Source: Clostridia bacterium (GTDB taxonomy: Bacteria; Bacillota; Clostridia; Oscillospirales; CAG-272). Taken from it: a stretch of DNA of 40,646 nucleotides. Below the pieces are notes generated by a model. The model had not been told where the DNA came from. It saw only the letters and a list, made by a program, of their open reading frames with translations, and did not search any database. Numbering within the stretch: position 1 is the stretch's first letter; every line of letters starts with the position of its first letter. Below, piece after piece: positions 1-9,421 of this stretch. The stretch lies in the NCBI GenBank assembly GCA_017508405.1, contig JAFVYY010000089.1:1-40646 (forward strand), in the 5' to 3' direction. A program made the position numbers and the translations under genes.

Positions 1-106
1 CCATACCGCCATTATGAAGTGAGTGTAAAATCAAATTTTCATTTGCTTTTGCAATGGAAATTAATGAATTTCTCGCGCTAAAATGAAATTTATCAAAACT
101 TAACAT
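1..106 (-). CDS. N-terminus of an unidentified protein, truncated by window edge (MLSFDKFHFSARNSLISIAKANENLILHSLHNGGM...)
   Basis: Minus strand AGGAGA RBS upstream of ATG at 106; open frame to the window edge; TG-TAAAAT -10-like element near 138-146. Confidence 0.6.
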   Translation of the reverse strand, partial: MLSFDKFHFSARNSLISIAKANENLILHSLHNGGM

Positions 107-263
107 ATTTATTCTCCTAAAAACATTGTTGTAAGATAATTTTATCATATTAACTCATGAATTTCAATAAAAGAATCATAATTAACGCAACTTTCGTACA
201 ATTTATTAATTCTTAAAAATAAACGCACAAACATTAATTCATAGCGGTTTTGAATGTTGCGGA

Positions 264-499
264 TCACCTTCTTTTTGAGGCTATGGGGCTTTGTATTCGC
301 AGTTTTTCTTTATAGTCAGGCTTTTCAATTGAATGCCTGATGAGTCTGTAACTGTCGGTATCAAAGTAGACGTTTCGTATTGTTGTCCGTATCTATCAAG
401 CTGCATTTACAGCGACATTGCTGACTGTATTTTCTCCTTCTGTTCAAGCGTGAGCATATATTTTAATTCATACCGCTTAAACACCGTTTGAAATGCCAT
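264..499 (-). pseudogene. VTC (polyphosphate polymerase) domain gene remnant
   Basis: GAAAGGAG RBS + ATG at 499 gives MAFQTVFKRYELKYMLTLEQKEKIQSAMSL*MQLDRYG; after a frameshift TIRNVYFDTDSYRLIRHSIEKPDYKEKLRIQS. RxExKY, YFDT and KxKLRIR-like motifs are VTC hallmarks. Internal TAA, frameshift, truncated. Confidence 0.85.
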
Positions 500-714
500 T
501 AAATGCACTCCTTTCCCGTTTTATAATAGATTATATCATACAGCGCTAAAGGCAGACTAAAAATTAACTGTGTTTAATCTTTCGAGTCTATTGGCCATAA
601 TGTATGATTATTCCCTCCCTTAGGAGCACTATAGGAATATAAAATATTTAACAGCAATGCATAAAAAGGGTTCAAAGCAAATACAATTTATTAAAATGGG
701 TATATGAGGTGAAT

Positions 715-1239
715 ATGAAGAAGCCGATTGGACTTTGGCAATTGATGGGGTTTGCAGTGACAGCGTTGGGTGGGACACTTTTGCATTTTTTATATGATTG
801 GTTTGGCGAGAATAAATGGATAGCGTTATTTTCCGGTGTAAACGAATCCACGTGGGAACATATGAAGCTGCTCTTCTGGCCAATGGTTGTTTATGCAATT
901 ATACAAAGCTTTTTCTTCAGAGACAGAAATGACTTCTGGTGTATAAAGCTTAAAGGTATTTTATTGGGACTTATTTTGATTCCTGTGATTTTTTACACCT
1001 ATAACGGGGTGATAGGAAAATCTCCGGACTGGATAAATATTGTTATTTTCTTTGTTGCTGCCTCTATTACGTACATTTATGAAACAAGTTTGTTTAACAA
1101 AGAGTTAAGCAAATGCAATAGTCCTAAGCTTGCAATAGCAACACTATGTATAATTGGAATTTTATTTATGATATTCACATTCGTCCCCCCAAAAATAGGA
1201 ATTTTTAGAGATCCATTATCGGGGACTTATGGAATATAA
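715..1239 (+). CDS. Multi-pass membrane protein, DUF6512-like
   Basis: Hydrophobic helices; GTLLHFLYDW and VNESTWEHMKLLFWP motifs; GAGGTG RBS before ATG 715 (ORF track starts at GTG 709). Confidence 0.75.
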   Translation: MKKPIGLWQLMGFAVTALGGTLLHFLYDWFGENKWIALFSGVNESTWEHMKLLFWPMVVYAIIQSFFFRDRNDFWCIKLKGILLGLILIPVIFYTYNGVIGKSPDWINIVIFFVAASITYIYETSLFNKELSKCNSPKLAIATLCIIGILFMIFTFVPPKIGIFRDPLSGTYGI

Positions 1240-1244
1240 AAACA

Positions 1245-1278
1245 ACCGCTGAGGCTTAAAATCCTCAGCGGTGTTTCT
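1245..1278 (+). terminator. Intrinsic terminator
   Basis: ACCGCTGAGG-N8-CCTCAGCGGT stem followed by GTTTCT. Confidence 0.75.
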
Positions 1279-1436
1279 ATTTTAATTATATAGCATCTTA
1301 ACGTGTTTTAATTCATGCTTACAAAAAAATGTCCAAATCCTCATTCACGCAAGACAACCTTTAATACGTAGGCTACCTTTATAAAACGTCCTCTTTAGTC
1401 GTTACCATTTCGGATCTATGGGGAGTTCATCTTAAA

Positions 1437-1928
1437 TCACAGGTTTTCTCTGCCTATAAAATCATCCGCCTCCGCTCTGCTTTTGAACACTACTATATTT
1501 TTGTCACTGTATTTTTCAAGCAAATCATATATAGCAGGCAGATTTTTGATTGGAAATTTTTCAATCTCGTTTTTAAGATAAGGGTCAAGCTCTTTATCTA
1601 TCCACGGCATATCATACCGTTCCTTTCCCAAACGTGAAATAGCACCGTCAAGGCAAACAGAAACAGGCAGATCAAAAAGAATAACCGTATCGCATGCCTT
1701 AATTCTGTTTTCTATTGTCCGACTGTAATTTCCATCTATAATCCAAGAATCAAGATTAAGAATCTCGGATAAGCGCATATCATATTCTTCTCTCGAAATA
1801 TGTGTTTTATCGGGCTTATGCCAAATTGCGTCAAGATAAAATAAAGGAAGCCCTGTTTTATCCCTCAGCTTTTCGGCAAACGTTGTTTTTCCGCTTCCGG
1901 GACAACCAATAACTATAATTTTTTTCAT
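1437..1928 (-). CDS. Adenylate kinase-like / DNA topology modulation (FlaR-like) P-loop kinase
   Basis: IIVIGCPGSGKTT Walker A; LDAIWHKP; WIIDGNYSRT. Confidence 0.85.
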   Translation of the reverse strand: MKKIIVIGCPGSGKTTFAEKLRDKTGLPLFYLDAIWHKPDKTHISREEYDMRLSEILNLDSWIIDGNYSRTIENRIKACDTVILFDLPVSVCLDGAISRLGKERYDMPWIDKELDPYLKNEIEKFPIKNLPAIYDLLEKYSDKNIVVFKSRAEADDFIGRENL

Positions 1929-2701
1929 TTCAATTCATCCTTATCTACGCAAAAAGGCGTGTAATTATTTATAATTTCAATAATGTCACGTTGATAAACA
2001 TTATCGTTAAGCACATCTCCGTTTTGGGAAAAAGAAATACAACGTACATCACACGGGTCTTCCACATATGGATTTTCTATAAAAGTATCCTTAAAATATT
2101 CAGAAAGATATTTAAGCGCATTACCCTCGGGAAAGATAATATTACCGTCGTTTTCTGAAATATTCAAATCACAAAAGCTGTCTAATATTTCTCTTGTCTT
2201 TTTGTTATATGAATTATCATCTTGAGGACTTACAAGCCAAGCGGGTTGAAGACGAATCGGGATACCGCATTTTTTAGCCTGACCGGCAAATTGCCTTACT
2301 GCATCAAGCGGAATTGTTTCTTGATGAAAAGCATCAACAGATAAAAGCAGATCGTTTACACCGCACTCGGCAAGATGGTTTACTACCTCACGAATTTTAT
2401 CTGCATTATTTGAAAAATATCCGTTTGTAATTACCTGCCGTATAGGTATATCGATTTCCCTTGCTGCATTTATCACGGAGTAAACCGCATCGGGATAAAT
2501 AAGAGGCTCACCACCGAAAGCCATTACGGTTTTTATTTTATATTGAGAGGCAATTTTACGTATACAGTCAGCTGCAATCAGGGGATCGATCCTCTCACCG
2601 AATGATTTATGCTCTCCCTCTGAGCAATGCTTACATCTACCAGTACAAGCATTTGTTATAACGAATTCAATTTTACTGAGATTTTTAAAATATTTATTCA
2701 T
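1925..2701 (-). CDS. Radical SAM protein, unknown substrate
   Basis: CTGRCKHC (CxxxCxxC), FGGEP, ITNG, LSVDAFHQE; start chosen at ATG 2701 (track extends to 2734); 4-nt overlap with downstream kinase. Confidence 0.85.
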   Translation of the reverse strand: MNKYFKNLSKIEFVITNACTGRCKHCSEGEHKSFGERIDPLIAADCIRKIASQYKIKTVMAFGGEPLIYPDAVYSVINAAREIDIPIRQVITNGYFSNNADKIREVVNHLAECGVNDLLLSVDAFHQETIPLDAVRQFAGQAKKCGIPIRLQPAWLVSPQDDNSYNKKTREILDSFCDLNISENDGNIIFPEGNALKYLSEYFKDTFIENPYVEDPCDVRCISFSQNGDVLNDNVYQRDIIEIINNYTPFCVDKDELK

Positions 2702-2742
2702 ACGTTTAATATATAGCTTTAACACACAAGACAAAAATTGCT

Positions 2743-3674
2743 TTATACAATCAATCCAAAAACAGCGAACATAAGCGGGATGGTAAGTGCTGACGCAAGG
2801 TGGGAAACTATTGCCATGCCTGATGCCTCGCTTGTATCCTGCCCGTGAGCCTCAGGTATAACTACGCTGTTTAATCCAAGCGGCATAGCAAGAACCGTTA
2901 ACACGCACATGGAGACGCCATGATCGAATTATGTATGCAAAGCACTAAAACAAATATAAGCGGCATTACCAAAAGTCTTATTGCAGTAAGTATATAAATA
3001 CTCTTGATCTTTAATACTTTCTTAACATCTATTTTGGCAACACACATTCCTGTAAGAAGCATTGTGCATGGAGACATACATTTACCGAGAGCATCTATCG
3101 AAACATTTATAAACTGAGGCATGGGTAACTGTGTAAGACCGATTATAATGCCTATTACCATAGCCATAAACAATGGGTTCAACAAATTTTTAAAGGAAAA
3201 CACCTTGCCCGTTTCATTCGGCATTAATAATGCGGGAATAGCCCACGTATAGTTTACGATCCACATAGGAGTACATAAAATAAGATAGGACATGAATATA
3301 TCAGGCATAATAGCTGATACTACGGCTGTACCCATAAAGCCGAAATTCGAAAACGCAATACAGTACGTATGTATTTTTTTACGATATTCATCCTTCGAGC
3401 TGAAAATCGAAACAACATAAGCAAACGCAATAGACAGTGATACTAAAATTACTCCCGCAAGCGCAAATTTCCATGCGGAGCTTAATCTTGATACTGTAAA
3501 GTTTTCCATAAAATTAGTAAGTATCAATGCCGGCATAAAAAGCGTACTGACTAATTTGGATATGGAATTAGTGGCATTTGACGGCAGCTTACATACCTTC
3601 ATTACAACGTATCCTGCGCCTATTATAAGAAATAAAAACTAAATCTGGCTTAATGTGGTTAAAAACGTTGACAT
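2743..3674 (-). pseudogene. AEC (auxin efflux carrier) family transporter, disrupted
   Basis: ATG 3674 with GAAAGGA RBS: MSTFLTTLSQI*FLFLIIGAGYVV in frame with ORF 2898..3602 (FSNFGFMG, NPLFMA); C-terminus DHGVSMCVLTVLAMPLGLNSVVIPEAHGQDTSEASGMAIVSHLASALTIPLMFAVFGLIV* in another frame ending 2743. Confidence 0.85.
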
Positions 3675-3773
3675 ATATAATCCTTTCGATGAAGTCAATA
3701 AATACAATTACAAATCAATTATATCACTGCTTCTGCATTATTTCAATAAAATAATCGCATAATTTTTAATATG

Positions 3774-3806
3774 CTAAACCCCTTGATGGTAAATCAAGGG
3801 GTTTAG
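3774..3806 (-). terminator. Hairpin/terminator after ABC operon
   Basis: 14-bp perfect stem CTAAACCCCTTGAT-N5-ATCAAGGGGTTTAG directly after stop at 3809; weak U-tract. Confidence 0.65.
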
Positions 3807-3808
3807 AA

Positions 3809-6043
3809 TTATTCCATTTTTGACATTTCGCGCTGAGCCATTACAAGACCGTAATAAATACCTTTCTTTTCGATCAGCTCATCGTGTGTTCCTGTTTCGG
3901 CAATTCTTCCCTTGTCTATTACTACAAGCTTTGTAGCGTTTCGAAGAGTTGAAAGCCTATGCGCAATGGCAATAGTGGTTCTATTTGCCGAAAGATTAGC
4001 AAGCGCATCCTGTATCTGTTTTTCCGTTTCAGTATCAAGGGATGCAGTTGCCTCATCAAGGATAAGGATTCTGGGATTGTGTAACAGCGCTCTTGCAATT
4101 GCAACCCTCTGCCTTTCTCCGCCTGAAAGATTATAACCCTTTTCACCAACCTTTGTGTTATAGCCGTCGGGAAGCTTGATTATAAACTCGTGACAGCCTG
4201 CAAGCTTAGATACTGCAATTATTTCTTCTCTGGTAGCGGTAGGCTTCGCATACGCAATATTTTGATAAATACTGCCCGAGAACAGGAAGGTTTCCTGAAG
4301 TACGACACCTATCTGTGAACGAAGTGATTCCTGTGAATAATCTCTTATATCAATGCCGTCAACAAGAATACTGCCCTCTTCAACGTCATACATACGCATA
4401 ATAAGGTTAATAAGGGTTGATTTACCCGTTCCCGATTTACCTACAAGGCCGATAAATTCACCTGATTTAATGCTCAGACTTATATTATGAAGCACCTCTG
4501 TACCGCTTTCGTATCCAAAGGATACGTTATTGATTTCAATATCTCCCTTAATAGCCTTATCAACAGACTGCTCCCTATCTGAAATCTCAATTTCTTCATC
4601 AAGAATTTCAAATATTTTGCTTGACGACGTAAGAAATCTCATAGCGTGACGAGGAATACCGGCTATCATACGTAAGGGACCGTAAATAAGTCCTGCATAT
4701 GATGAAAACAGTGTCATTTCACCGAGGGTCATTTCACCACCCAGGATCTTATTTCCAACATAGTATAAGATTATAAATTCACCGAAGCTGATAAAGAATT
4801 GAAGTATTGGCATTAAAATACTCCAAATGCAGTCCGCCTTTTCGGTTATATTTCTTTCATCTCTTGCTGCTTTATCATATCTTTCTGCTTCTCTGTGCTC
4901 CATTCCGAATGCCTTAACAACACGAATACCGGAAAAAATATCGTGAAGCACAGCATTTGACTGAGCCGAGCATTGCCATCTTCGGCGGTACATTCTCATT
5001 ACGAACTTCCAAAACAGATTAAAAGAAAGTACAACGAAGGGAGTTGGAATCATAATAAGTATAAAAAGCTTATAATCATAAACAAGAATTACGGTTCCAA
5101 CGGCTATGAAAAGAATAAGCTGTTCCAAAACGTTTGGCAAGTAATTAACCAAGAAATTTTGAACCTGTGACGTATCACTCGACACTCTGCTCATCAAATC
5201 TCCCGACGTTCTTTTAGATATCTTAGATATGGAAAGCTTCTGTATCTTATCAAAAAGCATCTTACGAAGATCGACTATCATTCCATTACTTGCATTTATC
5301 AAAAGGTGACTTCTCACCATAGAAACTCCCCTTACGAGAAGCTGTGTGCCGAGCATAGATAAAACCACAAGAACAAATGGAAATAGCGACACTGCCTCGG
5401 GGTTTTCGCTCTTAATGTAATCATCTACAAGTATTTTATTTATGTATGGAATTGCGAGATTAAGAACGCTGACAAGGAAGAACAGTACTATCGAGCTAAC
5501 TATAAATCCCTTGTACGGGCTAGCCACCCTCCAAAGTCTTTTAACTACCTTCTTCTTACTTGTACAGTGCATACACGTCTTTGAGCCGGGTTGGAATGGT
5601 CTTCCGCACTTTTCACATCTGTCAACTCCATCCTCACCATCTGAGGATGCGTGAAGCTCTTTGCCATCCTCAAGATAATGATTAAGCTTCTTTAAAGCGT
5701 GAATTATACGCTTTGAGCTGCTCATATCACTTCTGCATATTAGTTTAATAATTCCGCTTGACTTCTCCACGTAGGAAACGTAAATACATCCGACACCTAT
5801 ATCAGTTTTTATCTCTGATACTGAGCTTGAATCAATATCTAATACAAGCTCACCATCCGATATTACGCATAAACGCTTTTTGTCGGCATAGAAAAATCCC
5901 TCTATCCTCTTTTCCGGATCATCCTTGTCAAGATTAAATCGGAAGGTGCAAAGTGACTCCTCCGCCGAAGCATCGGGCAATATTCTTTTTATTTCATCGT
6001 AGAGACCGCCTACGCATGTTTTCTCTTTTTTTCTTATGAACAT
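3809..6043 (-). CDS. ABC transporter fused TMD-NBD (exporter fold) with ~165-aa N-terminal domain and Zn-ribbon
   Basis: CEKC..CMHC before TMD; GKSGTGKST, LSGGERQR, LILDEATASLD, AHRLST. Confidence 0.9.
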   Translation of the reverse strand: MFIRKKEKTCVGGLYDEIKRILPDASAEESLCTFRFNLDKDDPEKRIEGFFYADKKRLCVISDGELVLDIDSSSVSEIKTDIGVGCIYVSYVEKSSGIIKLICRSDMSSSKRIIHALKKLNHYLEDGKELHASSDGEDGVDRCEKCGRPFQPGSKTCMHCTSKKKVVKRLWRVASPYKGFIVSSIVLFFLVSVLNLAIPYINKILVDDYIKSENPEAVSLFPFVLVVLSMLGTQLLVRGVSMVRSHLLINASNGMIVDLRKMLFDKIQKLSISKISKRTSGDLMSRVSSDTSQVQNFLVNYLPNVLEQLILFIAVGTVILVYDYKLFILIMIPTPFVVLSFNLFWKFVMRMYRRRWQCSAQSNAVLHDIFSGIRVVKAFGMEHREAERYDKAARDERNITEKADCIWSILMPILQFFISFGEFIILYYVGNKILGGEMTLGEMTLFSSYAGLIYGPLRMIAGIPRHAMRFLTSSSKIFEILDEEIEISDREQSVDKAIKGDIEINNVSFGYESGTEVLHNISLSIKSGEFIGLVGKSGTGKSTLINLIMRMYDVEEGSILVDGIDIRDYSQESLRSQIGVVLQETFLFSGSIYQNIAYAKPTATREEIIAVSKLAGCHEFIIKLPDGYNTKVGEKGYNLSGGERQRVAIARALLHNPRILILDEATASLDTETEKQIQDALANLSANRTTIAIAHRLSTLRNATKLVVIDKGRIAETGTHDELIEKKGIYYGLVMAQREMSKME

Positions 6044-6073
6044 TTAAAAATGCCCTCTCTTTACAAATCTCGA

Positions 6074-6604
6074 TTATAGATAAAGCTCTATGCGGCGGTA
6101 GCTCTTTCTATCGAGCCCCGCAATACTTTTAATAACGAATCTATTTCCGTCCACATCAAGAAGGATCGCACCGTCCTCACCTACTCTAACAATGTTTCTA
6201 AATGTATCCTGCATTGTAAAATTAAGATTTCTTCCATCGGAAAGAGTAACCCTCCAATATGAAAAGCCGTATCTCTCCTTGAGGCTGTCAATAGTCTTAA
6301 TTGTCGGGGAATAATATTTTCTTTCAAGCTCTGTTTTTATAAGAGCTGAGATATCGTCATCAAAATCCTTTATATCGTATATTACACCCTTTTCCTTTCC
6401 GTCATCGGATATAACCGATATGTACTTCCATAAAAGCTCAAACGGAAAGGCACGATGCAAAAATACACGATCAAGATTTTTTTCCTCCTCACCGTCATTA
6501 TACGTCATTGCAAGGAAGCCGTTTTTTGTATAGAACTTAGCATTTGTACTGTCAAGCCTGTGTATTTTTGCAGCTTCTTCAAGCATTATTTCATTCTCTG
6601 CCAT
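6074..6604 (-). CDS. DUF1854-like protein
   Basis: HRAFPF, ELERKYYSP, YGFSYWRV, DVDGNRFVI..LDRKS motifs; lies between two ABC genes. Confidence 0.8.
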   Translation of the reverse strand: MAENEIMLEEAAKIHRLDSTNAKFYTKNGFLAMTYNDGEEEKNLDRVFLHRAFPFELLWKYISVISDDGKEKGVIYDIKDFDDDISALIKTELERKYYSPTIKTIDSLKERYGFSYWRVTLSDGRNLNFTMQDTFRNIVRVGEDGAILLDVDGNRFVIKSIAGLDRKSYRRIELYL

Positions 6605-6616
6605 AATAATTCCTCC

Positions 6617-8917
6617 TTATTCGGTTATTCCCGCATTTTTCAGTGCTTCCTGCTGGAGTGTATAAAGTTTCTTATATACTCCCTCTTCCTTTTCAAGAAG
6701 CTCCTTATGTGTTCCCTCTTCGGCTACCTTTCCTCGCTCTATGACAATAAGCTTGTCCGCATCACGAAGCGTTGAAAGTCTATGGGCTATCATAATTGTT
6801 GTTTTTCCGCGGGTTAGCGCTCCTAAAGCATTTTGAATCAGCTTTTCGGTTTCTGTATCCATCGCTGCGGTTGCTTCATCAAGAATAAGTATCTTAGGAT
6901 CACGAAGAATGGCACGGGCAATAGAAACTCTTTGACGTTCGCCTCCCGAAAGGTCCTTATATCCAAATCCTATTTTGGTATTGTATCCATCCGGTAATCT
7001 CATTATAAAATCATGAGCTCCGGCACATTTGGACGCCTTGATAACCTCTTCATATGTAGCGTCCGGCTTAGCATATTTAATGTTTTCAAGTATAGTTCCG
7101 ATAAACAAATATGTCTCCTGAGAAACAATAGCGATGTTATTGTATAATGATGCAAAAGAAAGATCTTTAACATTTACACCGTCAATAAGTACTTCTCCCT
7201 CTTCACAGTCATAAAGTCTTATGATCAAGTTGGCAATAGTACTCTTGCCTGCTCCGGTATGTCCTACAATGCCGAGGATGTGTCCGGCATCAACCTTAAA
7301 GCTTACTTTATCTATTATCTTTCTGTTTTTGGTATATGAGAAATCAACATCCTTGAATTCAACAGTGCCCTCCATATCAAGGAGCTCCACAGCGCCTTCC
7401 TTTTCTGTAATATCAGGCTTAGTATCGAGAATCTCAAAAAGCCTTTGAAGAGCGTTTGATGATGATGCTGACCAGTCCACCATCTGAGAAAAGAAATACA
7501 TCGGACTGTAAATCATATTTACGTATGCGGTAAACGTAAGAAGCTGACCATAGGTGAAGCCCCTATAACCCTTTATTACCATCCAACCGCCTACACCAAG
7601 GGCAATTATATTACCGAGATAAAGTATAATTCCCGCTATAGGATAGGAATAGTTATTGAAAATAGAAAGCTTTTTATTGTTTTTAGCTACACGAGTGCTG
7701 CTTTTATTGAATCGGTCTATTTCCTCATCCTCTTTGGAGAATGCTTTTACAACGCGCATTCCCGAAAGAACGTCGGAAAGAAGTCCATTCATACTTCTCT
7801 GGCTCGAATAATTTCTTGCGTGGTATTTCATACTTGTTCGATAGAACTTACGCAAAACTATAAAGAACAAGGGAATTGTTATAAGAGATAGCGCCGCAAG
7901 GATAGGATTCATTATAAACAGGATAACGCAAAGTGTTGCTACCTGAACTATATTTATAAGGAAATAAGGTACTCCGTCACAGAAAAATCCGTAAATTGTG
8001 TTTGCATCATTATTTACCTGCGTCATAAGACCGCCCGTCTGTCTTCCGCTGAAGAAGCCGAGAGACAAGCGTTCAATAGCGCCGAAAATAGTTATTTTCA
8101 AATCATAGACAACTCTTGCTGATATCTTCGACGTAATATATCCGTTTATTATATTGAATATCTGGGAAAGTATCTTCGTTCCTACAACTATGGAAATCAC
8201 GAGAAGAAGCTGGCCGTAAAAGGTTCCGCCCACTTCAAGGACCTGATCGTAAAAGAATCCGCTTGAAAAATATGGCGCTAAAATACTGGTTGCGGTAAGC
8301 AGAATAAGGGATGATATCATTATAAGTATGTAAAGCTTATATTTTGCCAAAAACATACCGAATCTTGTAAACAGCTTACCCTTTTCCATACACCTGGGAC
8401 ATATTTTTCTGTGTTTATTTGGATATCTCATTCCGCATTTTGGGCAGCGCTGAGATTTAGGGTCATCATCAGGATCTACCGCAAAAGATACATCCGATAT
8501 TTCTCCTTTTTTTATTTTATTAAGATATTTAATGAATAAAAGCGCTGAGTTTTTGCAGAAGTTGGACATTGCGGTAAGAAATACATACTCATCCGATTCA
8601 TCCTTTGCGGTCAAACGTGCACCTGACAATAGCTCCTCAACCTTGAAATCCTTAAGAGAGGAAAGCTTGTACTCCTCAAATCCGCCCTCGTTCCAAAAAA
8701 CATCAAGACCGCCTTTAGCAGGATTTTCTCTTGACACTAAGGAATCACTTCCCCACAATACGTAAAGAGTTTCATTTGTTGACATTAGATAGGTATCACA
8801 ATAAGCATGGTCACTGTTCATGTCACAACGTAGAGTCAGATATATATTTTCCATATCAACGCCCTTGTGACAGGCATATTCCACCACGTGGCGCGGTATT
8901 TTATCTATTTCCAGCAT
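6617..8917 (-). CDS. ABC transporter fused TMD-NBD (exporter fold) with ~180-aa N-terminal domain and Zn-ribbon
   Basis: CPKC..CPRC before TMD; GHTGAGKST, LSGGERQR, ILILDEATAAMD, AHRLST. Confidence 0.9.
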   Translation of the reverse strand: MLEIDKIPRHVVEYACHKGVDMENIYLTLRCDMNSDHAYCDTYLMSTNETLYVLWGSDSLVSRENPAKGGLDVFWNEGGFEEYKLSSLKDFKVEELLSGARLTAKDESDEYVFLTAMSNFCKNSALLFIKYLNKIKKGEISDVSFAVDPDDDPKSQRCPKCGMRYPNKHRKICPRCMEKGKLFTRFGMFLAKYKLYILIMISSLILLTATSILAPYFSSGFFYDQVLEVGGTFYGQLLLVISIVVGTKILSQIFNIINGYITSKISARVVYDLKITIFGAIERLSLGFFSGRQTGGLMTQVNNDANTIYGFFCDGVPYFLINIVQVATLCVILFIMNPILAALSLITIPLFFIVLRKFYRTSMKYHARNYSSQRSMNGLLSDVLSGMRVVKAFSKEDEEIDRFNKSSTRVAKNNKKLSIFNNYSYPIAGIILYLGNIIALGVGGWMVIKGYRGFTYGQLLTFTAYVNMIYSPMYFFSQMVDWSASSSNALQRLFEILDTKPDITEKEGAVELLDMEGTVEFKDVDFSYTKNRKIIDKVSFKVDAGHILGIVGHTGAGKSTIANLIIRLYDCEEGEVLIDGVNVKDLSFASLYNNIAIVSQETYLFIGTILENIKYAKPDATYEEVIKASKCAGAHDFIMRLPDGYNTKIGFGYKDLSGGERQRVSIARAILRDPKILILDEATAAMDTETEKLIQNALGALTRGKTTIMIAHRLSTLRDADKLIVIERGKVAEEGTHKELLEKEEGVYKKLYTLQQEALKNAGITE

Positions 8918-8919
8918 TA

Positions 8920-9381
8920 TTATATCATCTCCCTTTCCGATTCATCCTCATCTATTTCTCTTCTCTTTATTTCTCTTATAATTCTTTGAGCCTTGTCCAT
9001 AAGACGGACAAGCTCGCAAAATTCATCATCTCCAAGCTTTTCTGAAAGCTCATTTAAACGCTCCGTTTGCTTCTCCTCATACTTAGCGCAAAGCTCTACT
9101 GCCTTATCTGTCGGACGAACGAAAAAGCTACGCTTGTCGTCTTCCGACTTTTCTTTATAAACATAACCGTTTTTCTCAAGCGCCTGAATATGTGCTGCGA
9201 TCATTGGCTTTGAAACAGCCATTATCTCCGCAAGCGCTAACGGGGTCAAATCTCGCTTTCGCCTTGCTATTATATTTAAAAGTGCCATTTCGCTGGGACG
9301 AATAGGCAAATAATTTTTAAGCTCCGTAAAATCCCGTGAAAATTTGGAAAATACAACATTAGCTCCCATATGCTTGTTCAT
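8920..9381 (-). CDS. MarR family transcriptional regulator
   Basis: LAEIMAVSKPMIAAHIQALEKNGYV..DDKRSFFV (winged HTH with DxR); GGGAGA RBS before ATG 9381 (track start TTG 9402). Confidence 0.88.
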   Translation of the reverse strand: MNKHMGANVVFSKFSRDFTELKNYLPIRPSEMALLNIIARRKRDLTPLALAEIMAVSKPMIAAHIQALEKNGYVYKEKSEDDKRSFFVRPTDKAVELCAKYEEKQTERLNELSEKLGDDEFCELVRLMDKAQRIIREIKRREIDEDESEREMI

Positions 9382-9403
9382 AAGCGTTCTCCCGTCAATC
9401 AAA

Positions 9404-9421
9404 AGTTAACCTACATTAACT
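9404..9421. promoter_or_regulatory. Palindromic operator, probable MarR autoregulatory site
   Basis: AGTTAA-N6-TTAACT immediately downstream of the -10 box. Confidence 0.6.

Noticed and set aside
557-620. GGGAGGG followed by a 13-codon ORF (MANRLERLNTVNF) on the minus strand
   Set aside because: RBS-to-ATG spacing is too long and the peptide has no leader features
1280-1436. Intergenic stretch with coding-like composition
   Set aside because: Minus-strand frames are interrupted by stops and I could not assign the fragments to any family
3639-3641. In-frame TAG in the AEC gene as evidence of amber recoding or pyrrolysine
   Set aside because: Other genes here end normally at TAG (e.g. methyltransferase 15688-15690), and the same gene also has a frameshift, so decay is simpler
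6617-8917. ABC transporters as bacteriocin-processing (C39) exporters
   Set aside because: No C39 catalytic motif and no precursor peptide ORF nearby
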